From NCBI GenBank assembly GCA_965223665.1, contig OZ245011.1:1184001-1248000 (forward strand): DNA of 64,000 nt, written 5' to 3'. Position numbers and translations under genes: made by a program. Of the stretch, positions 44,286-56,064 are shown piece by piece (the stretch's first letter is position 1; every line of letters begins with the position of its first letter). This DNA comes from Nitrospinaceae bacterium. Lineage in GTDB: Bacteria; Nitrospinota; Nitrospinia; Nitrospinales; Nitrospinaceae. The notes beneath the pieces were generated by a model that made no database searches, was not told the origin of the DNA, and saw only the letters and a program-made list of their open reading frames with translations.

Positions 44286-45314
44286 ATGTATTGGCTTAAA
44301 CCTAGACTCTTAATCCTAATTCTTGTTCCAATCCATTTGTTTGGCGGATGCACTTCTCCTGAAACAAATACACCTTATAAACGTACCCAATTCCTAATGG
44401 GCACTTTGGTCGAGATAACTATTTCAGGTGCTGATGAAAAAGTTGCGGCTTTGGCTTCCTCCAAGGCTTTTGATGAAATTGGTCGAATTGAAAAACTGAT
44501 GAGTACCTATATTAAAGAATCAGAGGTGTCCCAAATAAATGAAAACTCAGGAAAGAATTTTATAGCCGTTTCACCAGATGTTTTAAAAGTAATCCAATCA
44601 GGAGTCTATTGGGCTAAGGAATCAAATGGGGCTTTAGATATTACTATCGGACCGATAGCCAAATTGTGGAACTTTGAAAATCAAAACCCTTTGGTTCCCT
44701 CGCAGAAAGAATTAAAAAAGGCAATTTCGTTGGTGAATTTTCAGGATATTGAAATTTCTAAAAATAAAATCCGTTTGGCGCGTTCTGGTATGAATTTGAA
44801 TTTAGGTAGCATTGCCAAAGGATACGCAGTAGATTTAGCTTATAAAATTTTAAAAGGTTTAGTACCTAATGGGATTATTAATGCTGGGGGTGATTTAATC
44901 GCATTTGGAAAAAAAGACCCTGAACATCCCTGGATAATAGGCTTACAACATCCACGAAAACCTCAAAATCTTTTAGCTTCATTTGGTGTAGAAGGAATTG
45001 CCGTAGCAACATCAGGAGATTATCAAAAATATTTTGAAAAAGAGGGGAAAAGATATCATCATATTCTCAATCCAAGCTCAGGAAGGCCAGCAGAAGGCTT
45101 AACTTCTGTAACTGTTTCTGCACCCACAGTAATGGAGGCAGATGCCATTGCAACAGCAATTTTTGTAATGGGTTCACCAAAAGGATTAAGTTGGGTAGAA
45201 AATCTTGAAGGAACGGAAGCAATGCTGGTTTTACAGGATGGGAATATTCAATTTAGCAGCGGTTTTAAAAACCTTCCTCAATTTGTTTTGAGAACCTCCT
45301 CAAAGGATAACTAA
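44286..45314 (+). CDS. apbE: FAD:protein FMN transferase ApbE (lipoprotein)
   Basis: Lipobox FGGC; MGT, DITIGP, LGSIAKGYAVD, ATSGDYQ, HHILNP, ADAIATA. Confidence 0.93.
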   Translation: MYWLKPRLLILILVPIHLFGGCTSPETNTPYKRTQFLMGTLVEITISGADEKVAALASSKAFDEIGRIEKLMSTYIKESEVSQINENSGKNFIAVSPDVLKVIQSGVYWAKESNGALDITIGPIAKLWNFENQNPLVPSQKELKKAISLVNFQDIEISKNKIRLARSGMNLNLGSIAKGYAVDLAYKILKGLVPNGIINAGGDLIAFGKKDPEHPWIIGLQHPRKPQNLLASFGVEGIAVATSGDYQKYFEKEGKRYHHILNPSSGRPAEGLTSVTVSAPTVMEADAIATAIFVMGSPKGLSWVENLEGTEAMLVLQDGNIQFSSGFKNLPQFVLRTSSKDN

Positions 45315-45353
45315 TTTCAATTTTTTAAACTATTGCTCCTCTTACTTTTAATA

Positions 45354-47858
45354 TTAGTTTTTTCTATTTAATGGCCGGAATCCTTTGAGCAAAAGGGAAT
45401 TACTCACTACTGAAACTGAACTAAGTGACATCGCCACAGCAGCAAACATAGGTTTTAATAAAATTCCAAACGCTGGATACAGCAAACCCGCTGCAACAGG
45501 AATTCCCACACTATTATAGAAAAAGGCCCAAAATAAGTTTTGTTTAATTTTTTTCAACGTCGCTTTGCTTAAATCAATTGCATTGATCACCCCATACAAT
45601 TTTTTGGACATTAGAGTCACATCTGCCGTTTCAATAGCCACATCGGTTCCTGAACCCATTGCAATTCCAACATTGGCTTTTGCCAAAGCAGGGGCATCAT
45701 TGATTCCATCACCTACCATGGCCACAAAACGGCCTTCATTCATCAGCCTTTCTACCTCGTGGGCCTTCCCACTGGGCAATATTTCCGAATGCACCTCTTG
45801 AATTCCAATTTGTCTGGCAACAGCTTGAGCGGTCAGGGAGTGATCACCACTAATCATAACTACTTTCAATCCTCGACCCTTTAAATCCTTTATTACTTCT
45901 AATGCCTCTGACTTTATCTGGTCCGCTACAGCAATAATCCCTAAAAACTTTTTGCCTTTCAAGACAAACATAGGAGTTTTACCTTGATCTGCAAATTTAG
46001 TCAGCGTATTCGAAACTTTAGACAAATCTAAACCTTTTTCTTTCATAAAACGTGCGTTTCCAATTGAAACCTCTTCATCTTCCAACCATGCTTGTACACC
46101 AAAGCCTGGCAAATTTTTGAAATTTTTTACGGGAAAAAGGGTTAAATTCCTTGTCATCGCCTCTTCCACAATGGCTTGGCCCAAGGGATGCTCAGATCCT
46201 TTCTCCAAAGAAGCAGCCATTGTTAATAATTGTTGATCTTCCATTCCTGAGCCGGGCAGTGAAAACACATCGGTTACCTTTGGTTTTCCTTCTGTAAGGG
46301 TTCCTGTTTTGTCAAACACGACAGTATCCACTTTTTGAATTTGCTCTAAAGTTTCCCCACCTTTTATTAAGACACCCAATTCTGCCCCTTTACCTGTCCC
46401 CACCATTATGGCTGTGGGTGTCGCCAACCCCAGGGCGCATGGGCATGCAATAATCAAAACCGAAATCATAACCATCATTGCAAAAGGAAATGCACTGGTA
46501 GTCAAAGTGGTGATTTGAGGTCCCCAAATCCACCAAACCAAAAATGCAGCAATTGCTATTCCAATTACAATCGGGACGAAAATGCCGGCCACTTTATCTG
46601 CCAATCTTTGGACAGTGGCTTTTGATCCTTGAGCCTCCTCAACCAGTTTTATTACATGGGCTAATACGGAATCTTTTCCCAATCGATTCGCCTTCAATTT
46701 AAAAAATCCTGATTTATTTATACTGGCTCCAATAACAGCATCACCAATTTTTTTCTCGACAGGAATACTTTCACCTGTGATCATAGATTCATCTACAGAG
46801 GAATTTCCCTCAACTAGAATTCCATCCACAGGAATTTTTTCTCCTGGTCTTACGCAAACAATTTCATCAATCATTACTTTATCGATGGCTATCTCAATCT
46901 CTTTTCCATCTCTTATGACCTTTGCCGTTTTCGCCTGCATAACAATGAGCTTTTTAATGGCATCGGATGCTCTACCCTTTGCACGAGCTTCCATAAGCCT
47001 TCCCATTAAAACCAGAGTGATTATCATTGCCGACGTATCAAAATAAACCGATGTTTTATCCATAAAATCACTCATGAGACCAGGAAATACTGTAAGGATA
47101 AAACTATAAATATACGCAGCGGATGTCCCTAAAGCAATTAGGGTATTCATATCAGCAAATCCATGTTTAAGTCCGTTGATGGTTCCCTTGTAAAATTGCC
47201 AACCACCCCAAAACTGCACAGGCGTTGTTAATATCAATAAAATCCAAAACAACGAACTCTTACTTTCAAATAAATTTGAGTTCATTCCAGACATGCTCAA
47301 AAATAGAATAGGGACACTAAAAAAAGCGCAAAAAATAAATTTATATAAAAGGACTTTATATTCTCGCTGATGATTGTCCTTTTCAGGGAAGGAAGAAACA
47401 ATTTCGGTTTCTTCAGTGATGAGATTATAACCAATTTCATTTAAGGCTTTTTGGAAATCAATAACACCAACACGTGAGCCCAGGTACTCAATTGCGACTT
47501 TTTCACTTGCTAGATTGGCCTGAGCGTTTACTACTCCATTCAATTCTTTAAGCTTTTTCTCTACACGTGACACACATGAGGCACAAATCATCCCTTCTAT
47601 ACTTAAATTCTTTTTTATATAAGGAACCTCAAACCCAATACTCTCAACTGTGTTTAGGATAATATCAGGAGACACACTTGTAGGGTGGTAATCTACCGTT
47701 GCCGATTCTGCACCAAAATTAACCGTCGCCTGGTCTACACCATTTAGACTAGCTAATTTTTTTTCAATCCTTGAGGCACAACCTGCACAGCTCATCCCTT
47801 TAATGGGAATCGTGATATGCTTAATTTCATTTAAAGAATTATCATTCATTGGGATCAT
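45354..47858 (-). CDS. copA: Cu(I)-translocating P1B-type ATPase
   Basis: Two HMA CxxC domains; [24 protein letters not shown] and MxxSS. Confidence 0.93.
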   Translation of the reverse strand: MIPMNDNSLNEIKHITIPIKGMSCAGCASRIEKKLASLNGVDQATVNFGAESATVDYHPTSVSPDIILNTVESIGFEVPYIKKNLSIEGMICASCVSRVEKKLKELNGVVNAQANLASEKVAIEYLGSRVGVIDFQKALNEIGYNLITEETEIVSSFPEKDNHQREYKVLLYKFIFCAFFSVPILFLSMSGMNSNLFESKSSLFWILLILTTPVQFWGGWQFYKGTINGLKHGFADMNTLIALGTSAAYIYSFILTVFPGLMSDFMDKTSVYFDTSAMIITLVLMGRLMEARAKGRASDAIKKLIVMQAKTAKVIRDGKEIEIAIDKVMIDEIVCVRPGEKIPVDGILVEGNSSVDESMITGESIPVEKKIGDAVIGASINKSGFFKLKANRLGKDSVLAHVIKLVEEAQGSKATVQRLADKVAGIFVPIVIGIAIAAFLVWWIWGPQITTLTTSAFPFAMMVMISVLIIACPCALGLATPTAIMVGTGKGAELGVLIKGGETLEQIQKVDTVVFDKTGTLTEGKPKVTDVFSLPGSGMEDQQLLTMAASLEKGSEHPLGQAIVEEAMTRNLTLFPVKNFKNLPGFGVQAWLEDEEVSIGNARFMKEKGLDLSKVSNTLTKFADQGKTPMFVLKGKKFLGIIAVADQIKSEALEVIKDLKGRGLKVVMISGDHSLTAQAVARQIGIQEVHSEILPSGKAHEVERLMNEGRFVAMVGDGINDAPALAKANVGIAMGSGTDVAIETADVTLMSKKLYGVINAIDLSKATLKKIKQNLFWAFFYNSVGIPVAAGLLYPAFGILLKPMFAAVAMSLSSVSVVSNSLLLKGFRPLNRKN

Positions 47859-47936
47859 CCTGTCTTTTAGATGATGCTCCTATTGTATAAGATGCAACCA
47901 AAAGAGAATAATGAATTTATCAGCACGGGAGAACCT

Positions 47937-48737
47937 ATGAATACTCAAAAAACCAATCTATTTAAACTCTTAACCATATGTCTTATATTTCAGCTACCGT
48001 TAATATTGATTTTCCCACAAAAGGGACTTTCTCAAAAAAATCTTATCGATTTAACTCATTCCTTTGACGAAAAAACCATCTATTGGCCAACTAGCCAATC
48101 ATTCAAACTAGATGTTGTCCATAAAGGTCCAACCAAAGGAGGTTATTGGTATGAGGCTAATAATTATTTGGCCGCAGAACATGGAGGTACTCACATGGAT
48201 GCTCCTGCCCATTTTGCCAAGGGTAAATGGAGAGTGGATCAAATTCCATTATCAAGTTTAATTGCCCCGGGAATACTGGTTGACGTGAGTAAAAGAGCGC
48301 TTATCAATCCCGACTACCTTATTTCAACAGAAGATATAATTACTTGGGAAAAAACCCATGGTTCTATTCCCCCTGGAACCATTGTATTAATTAGAACAGG
48401 TTGGGAAAAGTTTTGGCCTGAAAAAATTAAATATCTGGGATCTGATGTAAAGGGGGATGCCTCAAACCTGCACTTTCCAGGGTTTAGTGAAAAAGTCGCA
48501 GAATTGTTAGTGTCGCGCAAAGTTGTGGCTGTTGGGTTAGACACAGCAAGCCTGGATTTTGGCCTGTCAAAAAAATTTAAAGCTCATCAGGTTTTTGGGA
48601 AAGCGAATATCCCGGGGTTCGAAAACCTACGAAATTTGGATAAAATCCCCTCTAAAGGATTCAGAGTTATTGCTTTGCCAATGAAAATCGGGGGAGGTAG
48701 TGGAGCTCCCTTGAGAATTATCGCTGAAATAAATTGA
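47937..48737 (+). CDS. Cyclase-family (kynurenine-formamidase-like) metal hydrolase, probably exported
   Basis: HGGTHMDAPAH motif, RTGW, FPGFS, ENL and GAPLRIIA. Start moved to the ATG at 47937 (SD GGGAG), which gives a signal-like N-terminus. Confidence 0.85.
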   Translation: MNTQKTNLFKLLTICLIFQLPLILIFPQKGLSQKNLIDLTHSFDEKTIYWPTSQSFKLDVVHKGPTKGGYWYEANNYLAAEHGGTHMDAPAHFAKGKWRVDQIPLSSLIAPGILVDVSKRALINPDYLISTEDIITWEKTHGSIPPGTIVLIRTGWEKFWPEKIKYLGSDVKGDASNLHFPGFSEKVAELLVSRKVVAVGLDTASLDFGLSKKFKAHQVFGKANIPGFENLRNLDKIPSKGFRVIALPMKIGGGSGAPLRIIAEIN

Positions 48738-48742
48738 AGAGG

Positions 48743-49147
48743 TTACCGTCTAGATAAGAAAGTTTTAATGGTATAAAACCCATAAATCAACAATAGAATA
48801 GCAATAATGGCATTTGAAAAAGAGTTTTCAGAAATGGACATAGTAAAAATGTATACACCTGAAAAACTTAAAATCAATCCTAAGCAAAAATAACCTGCGC
48901 TCTTCCAAAATGTGAAGGGAGACTTTTTCTGCAAATTTTCCCTTTTTTGCTTTAATTGCCATCGCCATCGTAAAACATGATACGTTTGGCGTAACCAGGA
49001 AATTAACCCACTATCTTCTACCAAGTTTGTACTACAGTACATACAATTGGTGTCAGATTGACGATTGGGAAAACCACAATTAAAACACAATTGGTAATTT
49101 TGCGGTTGTCGTAATGCGATTGGTTCTTTTTTATTTTTATCCATCAA
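48743..49147 (-). CDS. Hypothetical zinc-ribbon membrane protein
   Basis: CFNC-x10-CMYC followed by two C-terminal TM helices. Confidence 0.65.
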   Translation of the reverse strand: MMDKNKKEPIALRQPQNYQLCFNCGFPNRQSDTNCMYCSTNLVEDSGLISWLRQTYHVLRWRWQLKQKRENLQKKSPFTFWKSAGYFCLGLILSFSGVYIFTMSISENSFSNAIIAILLLIYGFYTIKTFLSRR

Positions 49148-49343
49148 TAATTCCCTCTTTGTTTAAGCATTCGGAAAATGGTATTTTGTATCCATGCTTA
49201 AACAATTATTGAAACTGGAGAAATTCTAGTATGATTCTAAAACTCTGTCAATTAACAGTGAGTTTCCATATTTCAAATGATTGTTAAACGCCTATTTGTA
49301 TTCCTTATTTTATTAACTGATTTTATTTGCATACAAAAAAATA

Positions 49344-50168
49344 ATGAATAAAGTGATTAAAATTCTTATCTACTTGATTTTATTGATCCCTGTTGCCGTA
49401 CATTCTCAAAACTCCGATTCCCAACCCACAACAGATTATTCCAATATGGCCTTAATCAGCGAAGGTGTATTTACAATGGGCAGCTTCCATTCATTAAAGG
49501 AGCTGGATCCAGTATCTATATTTCAAGCCGATAGGCACCACTTAGGACCAGAGGATCCTGCACATGATGTTTTTTTGAATGGTTATTATATTGATATTTT
49601 TGAAGTGACCAATAAAGACTATAAGGTATATATGGAAAGCACTGCAATTTCTAAAGCGCCAAGATTTTTTGATAATGCGGACTTCAATCAACCCTTACAG
49701 CCCGTTGTCGGAATTACCTGGAAGGAAGCCCATAAATACTGTAATTGGAAAGGAAAAAGACTCCCCACCGAAGCCGAATGGGAAAAAGCTTCTAGAGGAA
49801 AACGATCCATAAAATATCCCTGGGGAAATGAAGCTCCCGATAAAACTAAGCTGAATTTCAATAATCTAGTTGGTAAAACCAAGCCAGTAGGCTCTTATGA
49901 AAAAGGCAAATCTGACTATGGGGTCTATGATCTTTCTGGAAATGTCTCGGAATGGGTTCAAGATTGGCATGATCCGGAATATTATTTATTTTCTCCGAAA
50001 AAAAACCCCCAAGGACCTAAAAAAGGAAAATATAAAATCATTAGAGGCGGGAATTGGAGGAATGGTGCTGAAGATGTAAGACTAACTTATCGAAACGCTA
50101 CTGTCTCCAAAGTCCGGAATCAAACGGTGGGTTTTCGATGTGCGGTTAATGCGAAAACAGAAAATTAA
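49344..50168 (+). CDS. FGE-sulfatase (SUMF1-like) domain protein, exported
   Basis: FTMGS, P.H.V, FEVTN, RLPTEAEWEKA, DLSGNVSEW, RGGNW, GFRCA. Confidence 0.88.
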   Translation: MNKVIKILIYLILLIPVAVHSQNSDSQPTTDYSNMALISEGVFTMGSFHSLKELDPVSIFQADRHHLGPEDPAHDVFLNGYYIDIFEVTNKDYKVYMESTAISKAPRFFDNADFNQPLQPVVGITWKEAHKYCNWKGKRLPTEAEWEKASRGKRSIKYPWGNEAPDKTKLNFNNLVGKTKPVGSYEKGKSDYGVYDLSGNVSEWVQDWHDPEYYLFSPKKNPQGPKKGKYKIIRGGNWRNGAEDVRLTYRNATVSKVRNQTVGFRCAVNAKTEN

Positions 50169-50182
50169 AAAATCAACTGAGG

Positions 50183-51388
50183 TTACTTTTTTAATTGAAT
50201 AGAAATATGATCCCAAACGATTTTGGCAATTTCCTTTTTAGGCAATTTAGGAACTGACTCTATGTTTCCATTAGGAGTTAAAATACTAACTCGATTATTA
50301 TCGCTACTAAAACCTATTCCCGGAGAACTAATATCATTGACCACTATCATATCTAACTTTTTTTTATTTAATTTCTCTTTCGCGTTTTCAATTAAGTTTT
50401 GACTTTCGGCTGCAAACCCAACCACAAACTGGTTATTTTTTACTTTAGCCACTTCTTGTAAAATATCTACAGTTGGAATTAATTTCAATCCAAAAGGCTT
50501 ATCAATTTCTTTTTTGATTTTTTCCTTTGAAATTTCTAAAGGAGAGTAATCCCCTACGGCCGCGGTCATAACAAGAATATTACAATTCAAAAAATTATCT
50601 AAAACCAATTTCTTCATTTCTTCAGCTTTTTGACATCGAAAAAGTTTAATTCCAGCTGGTGGCTCTAAGCTAGTGGGGCCTGAAATTAGAGTAACATCTG
50701 CCCCTCTTGATTTAGCTTCTATCGCTATTGAATACCCCATTTTCCCTGAGGAGGCGTTTGTAATAAATCTTACTGGGTCAATAGGCTCGCGCGTAGGTCC
50801 CGCAGTTACTAAAATATTTTTCCCAACGAGATCCCCTGTAGTAGAAAAATACTTTTGAATTTCTTCAAATATGAGAGAAGGTTCCGCCAACCTCCCTTGC
50901 CCGACAACTCCACAGGCCAACACACCTGATTCTGGTTCAATAATTTTAAGGCCCCTTTTCTTTAAAATATTAATGTTACTTTGAACCGCAGCATTTTCCC
51001 ACATCGTTTCATTCATTGCGGGGGCCACAACAACCGGACCGGAAAAAGCCAAAAATAAATTTGAGACAGGATTATCTGCTAATCCTTGTGCTAATTGGGC
51101 AATTGAGTTTGCCGTTGCTGGAGCAATGACAAAAAGGTCAGATTTTTCTGCAACAGCAATGTGTTCCATACTTGCCGAATTATCTCCATCAAAGACTTGA
51201 TGGTATACAGGGTTTTCCGATAAAGCTTCAAAAGTAAGCGGAGTCACAAATTTTTTTGCATTTTCGGACAAGACAACAAAAACTGACGCACCTGCCTTGA
51301 TCAAGAGTCGTAGCAGTTCAACTGCCTTAAACGCAGCGATACCTCCAGTAACACCTAATACAATCTTTTTGCCTTTTAAGGATTTCAT
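50183..51388 (-). CDS. coaBC: Bifunctional phosphopantothenoylcysteine decarboxylase / synthetase
   Basis: GVTGGIAAFK, APATAN, PAMN, LACG, TAGPTREPIDPVRFITNASSGKMG, GFAAES. Confidence 0.96.
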   Translation of the reverse strand: MKSLKGKKIVLGVTGGIAAFKAVELLRLLIKAGASVFVVLSENAKKFVTPLTFEALSENPVYHQVFDGDNSASMEHIAVAEKSDLFVIAPATANSIAQLAQGLADNPVSNLFLAFSGPVVVAPAMNETMWENAAVQSNINILKKRGLKIIEPESGVLACGVVGQGRLAEPSLIFEEIQKYFSTTGDLVGKNILVTAGPTREPIDPVRFITNASSGKMGYSIAIEAKSRGADVTLISGPTSLEPPAGIKLFRCQKAEEMKKLVLDNFLNCNILVMTAAVGDYSPLEISKEKIKKEIDKPFGLKLIPTVDILQEVAKVKNNQFVVGFAAESQNLIENAKEKLNKKKLDMIVVNDISSPGIGFSSDNNRVSILTPNGNIESVPKLPKKEIAKIVWDHISIQLKK

Positions 51389-51513
51389 TATATTAATTAT
51401 TTAATTATATAAATCTATTTCGTGTCTCTGAAAAAATATTTATTTTGTCATTATATTTTTTATAAATAATCATTCCATAAATATTTTTTTTTGCAATAAG
51501 TATTATACCAAAA

Positions 51514-51542
51514 TTGACTTTTCATTATGCTTTGCATAACAT
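51514..51542 (+). promoter_or_regulatory. Candidate sigma70 promoter for galT-glgA
   Basis: TTGACT-17 nt-TAACAT. A divergent extended -10 (TGGTATAAT, minus strand, 51502-51510) may serve coaBC. Confidence 0.45.
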
Positions 51543-51576
51543 TACTAACAATCAACACTAATTAGAGACTTATTTT

Positions 51577-52608
51577 ATGCATGCAACACCCGAATTAAGA
51601 AAAGACCCTATTGTCGATCGATGGGTCATTATTTCCGAAGAACAATGGAACCAGTTGGTAGATTTTCCCAGGGTAACCTTTAGAAGACAAATTACTGATT
51701 GCCCATTTTGTCCTGGAAATGAAAGTCAAACAAAACAGGAAATCCTGACACTACACTCTAATGGAGTTTTATCTCAAGAACCCGATTGGTCCTTAAGGGT
51801 AGTCCCAAGTAAATATCCATCATTGGCCCCTGAAGGCTCTACAGAAAAATTGGCCGAGGGTATATTTGACAGGATGAATGCAATAGGATCGCAAGAGATA
51901 ATCATCGAATCTCCAAATCACAGTGCTGTGTTAGAGCGGTTACCTGAAAGAAATGTTCAAAATTGTTTATGGGCTTTTCAAAAAAGAATTATCGAATTAA
52001 AAAAGAACCCACAACTTCGTTATATATTAATTTTTAAAAATCATGGAGATGCCGCTGGGGCCACCTTTGAACACACACATAGCCAACTTCTGGCTCTTCC
52101 GGTGGTACCGGAACTTATAGTAGATGAAATCAGCCGGGCAAAACAATATTATGAGTTTAAGGAACGTTGCGTATGGTGTGATATTATTTCCCAGGAAAGA
52201 ATAGATGGCCGACGGATAGTGATGGAGAATTCCGATTTTATTGCTCTTTGTCCATATGCGCCCAGAGTTCCATATGAAACATGGATTTTACCCAAACATC
52301 ATCAGTCTCATTTCGAAGACGAACCTTTATCTTCTTTAACTTCTGCTGCAAACATATTAAAAATGGTATTATTGAAAATTGGCGAGGCACTTGAATGTCC
52401 ACCCTATAATATGGTATTACACAATAGTACTATTCAAGGTAATCATAATAATTATTACCACTGGCACATAGAAATTATGCCCAAACTTTCCCGTATAGCT
52501 GGGATCGAACAAGGAACCGGCTTTTACATCAACCCCGTACCCCCAGAAGAAGCGGCGGAAACTCTCCGTTCGATCCCTAATCCCACCATAAAATGGCCCG
52601 CAGCTTAA
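51577..52608 (+). CDS. galT: GalT-family (HIT superfamily) hexose-1-phosphate nucleotidylyltransferase
   Basis: ELRKDP, CPFCPGNE, FKNHG..AGATFEHTHSQ (HxHxQ), YHWHIEI, YINPVPPE. Confidence 0.85.
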   Translation: MHATPELRKDPIVDRWVIISEEQWNQLVDFPRVTFRRQITDCPFCPGNESQTKQEILTLHSNGVLSQEPDWSLRVVPSKYPSLAPEGSTEKLAEGIFDRMNAIGSQEIIIESPNHSAVLERLPERNVQNCLWAFQKRIIELKKNPQLRYILIFKNHGDAAGATFEHTHSQLLALPVVPELIVDEISRAKQYYEFKERCVWCDIISQERIDGRRIVMENSDFIALCPYAPRVPYETWILPKHHQSHFEDEPLSSLTSAANILKMVLLKIGEALECPPYNMVLHNSTIQGNHNNYYHWHIEIMPKLSRIAGIEQGTGFYINPVPPEEAAETLRSIPNPTIKWPAA

Positions 52609-54053
52609 AAATCGTATACGCCACTTCAGAAGTCCAACCTTATGCAAAATCCGGTGGTTTAGCTGATGTGTCGTCCGCACTTCCAGGTGCGCTACATCAT
52701 CTGGGTCATGATATTCGAATTTTTTTACCAAAGTATAAATCTGTAGAATCCACTAAACAACCTATTCGCCCCCTGGGGTTAGAAATCAAAGTCCCCGTGG
52801 GAAAAAATACAATCAAGGCAACTTTGTCAGAGGGCAAACTCGACAACCAAGTTCCAATTTATTTTTTGGATCACTCACATTATTACGATAGAAATTCCTT
52901 TTATGGAGAGAGCGGCTACGATTATTCAGATAATGCGGAAAGGTTCATTTTTTTTTGTCGTGGAATTTTAGAATCTTGCAAATCTTTGGGATTTCGTCCG
53001 GATATAATTCATTGTAGTGATTGGCAAACAGGCCTTATTCCAGCCTACCTAAAAGTTCTTTACCACTCTGACCCCTTTTTCAAAAATACTAAAACTGTTT
53101 TTTCGATTCATAATTTAGGATATCAGGGAAACTTTCATGACTCCGTATTACCCATAGCTCATTTGCCATGGTCTTTATACAACCAAGAAGGGGTAGAGTT
53201 TTATGGAGAGTTTAGTTTTCTAAAAACGGGGCTCATTTTTTCAGATTCTATTACCACTGTAAGCCCTACCTATAGCAAGGAAATTCAAACTCCAGAACAT
53301 GGTTTTAGAATGGATGGAGTTTTAAGACACCGTCAAGAAAATTTGCACGGGATTTTAAATGGGGTTGAATATGAAATTTGGGACCCCGAAAAGGATTCAC
53401 ATATTCCCCAAAATTACAGTACAAAATTTCCGGCAGGTAAAAAAGAATGCAAATTAGCTTTATTAAAAAAACTAAACTTAACCCCGGATTTAAAAAAACC
53501 ATTATTTTGCATGGTTACCAGACTTTCTTCTCAAAAGGGAATCGAATTAATGGTTGAAATCCTTCCATGGCTGTTAAAGCAAAATGTCAATTTTGTTTTG
53601 TTGGGTTCTGGAGATGAATATTTTGAAAAGTTCTTTTCTGAAAAATCCCAAGAGTTTCCAAACAATATTTCATGCAACTTAGGCTTTAACGAAAAATTAG
53701 CCCATGAAATTCTAGCTGGAAGTGATTTCTTATTTATGCCCTCCCTATATGAACCTTGTGGACTTACTCAAATGTATGCCCTCCGATATGGCACAGTGCC
53801 GATTGTAAGGGCTGTAGGAGGGTTAAAGGATACTATAGAACCATTTAATTATCAGTCCGGAGAAGGAACCGGTTTTCTATTCCAATCATTTGAATTAAAA
53901 TATTTAATACAGGCTGTTCGATTAGCTCTTTTTTCTTATAAAGATCACGGCCTTTGGCGGCAATTAGTAAAAAACGGAATGTCCCGAGACAATAGTTGGT
54001 CACATTCTGCAAAGTTGTATGAAAATCTTTACAACAATATTCTTAACCATTAA
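52593..54053 (+). CDS. glgA: Glycogen synthase
   Basis: KSGGLADV, HCSDWQT, IHNLGYQG, GILNG, PSLYEPCGLTQMYALRYGT. Confidence 0.95.
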   Translation: MARSLKIVYATSEVQPYAKSGGLADVSSALPGALHHLGHDIRIFLPKYKSVESTKQPIRPLGLEIKVPVGKNTIKATLSEGKLDNQVPIYFLDHSHYYDRNSFYGESGYDYSDNAERFIFFCRGILESCKSLGFRPDIIHCSDWQTGLIPAYLKVLYHSDPFFKNTKTVFSIHNLGYQGNFHDSVLPIAHLPWSLYNQEGVEFYGEFSFLKTGLIFSDSITTVSPTYSKEIQTPEHGFRMDGVLRHRQENLHGILNGVEYEIWDPEKDSHIPQNYSTKFPAGKKECKLALLKKLNLTPDLKKPLFCMVTRLSSQKGIELMVEILPWLLKQNVNFVLLGSGDEYFEKFFSEKSQEFPNNISCNLGFNEKLAHEILAGSDFLFMPSLYEPCGLTQMYALRYGTVPIVRAVGGLKDTIEPFNYQSGEGTGFLFQSFELKYLIQAVRLALFSYKDHGLWRQLVKNGMSRDNSWSHSAKLYENLYNNILNH

Positions 54054-54079
54054 TTACCCATTAACTTCAAAATTTCGCA

Positions 54080-55999
54080 ATGGACCAAGAAAGTGCCATC
54101 GGCTTAGAAATACTTAGAGAAGTTGCACGGATTTCCAGTTCCACTCTTGATCTTGATGAAATTTTAAACAAGACCATTGAAGTCATTAAAAGTCGAATGC
54201 GTATGGATGCATGCTCCATTTATTTAATGGATATTGAGGGAGAAGAACCTCGATTAAAATTGAGAGGTTCAAGCGGATTCCCCGAACAACAAGCTAAACA
54301 AATCTACCTTAAACCTGGAGCAGGTATAACTGGGTGGGTAGCGGAAAATAAGTCCACACTTGCTTTAAGTGATGCCATCAAGGATCCTCGGTTCGTTTAT
54401 TTTCCTGAAATTGAAGAAGAAAGATTCCCTTCTATGCTTTCCGTTCCTTTGATTGACCAGGAAGACTGCATAGGAGTTATAAATGTTCACACAAAGGATT
54501 CCAGGAAATTCAATCGCACTGAAGTCACCATTTTAGAAACTATTTCCGGCCAAATGACCGGTTGTATAAGAAACGCTATTGCCTACAGCAAAAGTCAACT
54601 GTTATTAAAAGAGCAAACATTACTTTATGATATCAGCATGGCGGTTCAAGAAACTTCCCAATTGGATCAAAGGTTATGGATTTTACTAACTGGAATGACT
54701 TTAGGCGGAGGGGGAGGTTTTAATCGAGCCATATTATTTTTGGTAGATGAAGGTGAATCATTTTTAAAAGGAAGTATTGGATTAGGCCCTGACTCTAATG
54801 AAGATGCTCAACAAATTTGGTCCAATTTAGAAAGTCAAAAAGAAGGAGCTTTGAAATGGATTTTAGGCCAGCCTGATAGAAATAAGTACCAACAATCAAC
54901 CTTTCACCATTTTGCTCAATCCCTTAGTATCCCTTTAGAACACTCTAAACATATTGTTTCCGAAACAGCCCTGCAAAAACGACCCTTTATTATACAAGAT
55001 GCTTCAAAGGATCCTTTGGTTCCTAAAGATTTTGCAACGTCTCTTGGGGTAAATCAATTTGCTACAGTGCCAATAATGCCACAACAAGAAGTGTTGGGAG
55101 TTGTCCTTGTGGACAATCGATACAACAATGAACCCATTACCGACTCAAAAATTCATTTATTAATAAGGCTGTCCACACATATGGGATGGGTTTTAGAGAA
55201 CTCTCGGTTAATTTCTAAATTATTAGAGTCCAATCGAGAACTATTATCGACAAAAGAACTCCTGATTCAGTCTGAAAAGTTAGCAGCGTTGGGGGAGCTT
55301 TCGGCAGAAGTCGCTCATGAAATAAAAAATCCTCTGGTATCGATCGGAGGTTTTTCTAGAAGATTACAGAGTCAATTAACAAAAATTTCAAAACAAAGGA
55401 ATGCCATAGATTCAATAGATAGTTTAGTCGGCTATTCCAATATAATTGTGGGTGAAGTGCAAAGGCTGGAAACCATACTAAAAAATATTCTTCTTTTTTC
55501 AAAATCAGATTCATTAAATTTCGAAGATTGCCCTCCCTACGAATTGGTTCAAGAAGTAGTTCAATTATTCGAAATTGACTCTAGAGAAAAAAATATCCCA
55601 ATCCAAAATAAAATCTCTGAAAACTTGCCTTCCATAAAGGTTGACCTCAAAAGGATCAAACAAGTATTAATAAATATATTTTTTAATTCATTCGAATCCA
55701 TGCCGCAGGGTGGTCAAATTAATGTTTCCTCTTTGCTCCCTACTTCGATTCAAGGGGAAGAAATGTTAGGGATCATAATCACTGATACTGGTATAGGAAT
55801 CGACCCTGAAACTTTTCAAAATATTTTTAATCCATTTTTTACAACCAAAGAGTCTGGAACAGGTCTTGGACTGTCCATTTCTCGAAAAATAATGGAAAGT
55901 CATAAAGGTTATTTAGAGGTAAAGAATAACTATCCTAATGGGGTGTCCGTATATTTGTATTTCCCGTTGCAAAAATCCACTGAATGTAATAAAAATTAG
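54080..55999 (+). CDS. Cytoplasmic GAF-GAF sensor histidine kinase
   Basis: PtsP-like GAF (GITGWVA, SMLSVPL) and a second GAF; H-box VAHEIKNPL; DTGIGI, PFFTTK, GTGLGL. Confidence 0.9.
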   Translation: MDQESAIGLEILREVARISSSTLDLDEILNKTIEVIKSRMRMDACSIYLMDIEGEEPRLKLRGSSGFPEQQAKQIYLKPGAGITGWVAENKSTLALSDAIKDPRFVYFPEIEEERFPSMLSVPLIDQEDCIGVINVHTKDSRKFNRTEVTILETISGQMTGCIRNAIAYSKSQLLLKEQTLLYDISMAVQETSQLDQRLWILLTGMTLGGGGGFNRAILFLVDEGESFLKGSIGLGPDSNEDAQQIWSNLESQKEGALKWILGQPDRNKYQQSTFHHFAQSLSIPLEHSKHIVSETALQKRPFIIQDASKDPLVPKDFATSLGVNQFATVPIMPQQEVLGVVLVDNRYNNEPITDSKIHLLIRLSTHMGWVLENSRLISKLLESNRELLSTKELLIQSEKLAALGELSAEVAHEIKNPLVSIGGFSRRLQSQLTKISKQRNAIDSIDSLVGYSNIIVGEVQRLETILKNILLFSKSDSLNFEDCPPYELVQEVVQLFEIDSREKNIPIQNKISENLPSIKVDLKRIKQVLINIFFNSFESMPQGGQINVSSLLPTSIQGEEMLGIIITDTGIGIDPETFQNIFNPFFTTKESGTGLGLSISRKIMESHKGYLEVKNNYPNGVSVYLYFPLQKSTECNKN

Positions 56000-56064
56000 A
56001 GACTAATCTACCAAACCGATAGATTGGTAGTATCATAATTTTTCCAATAAAAATTGATTCACAA

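Noticed and set aside
49344-50168. Active formylglycine-generating enzyme
   Set aside because: The catalytic Cys pair after RGG(S/N)W is absent and no sulfatase is adjacent, so only the domain is called.
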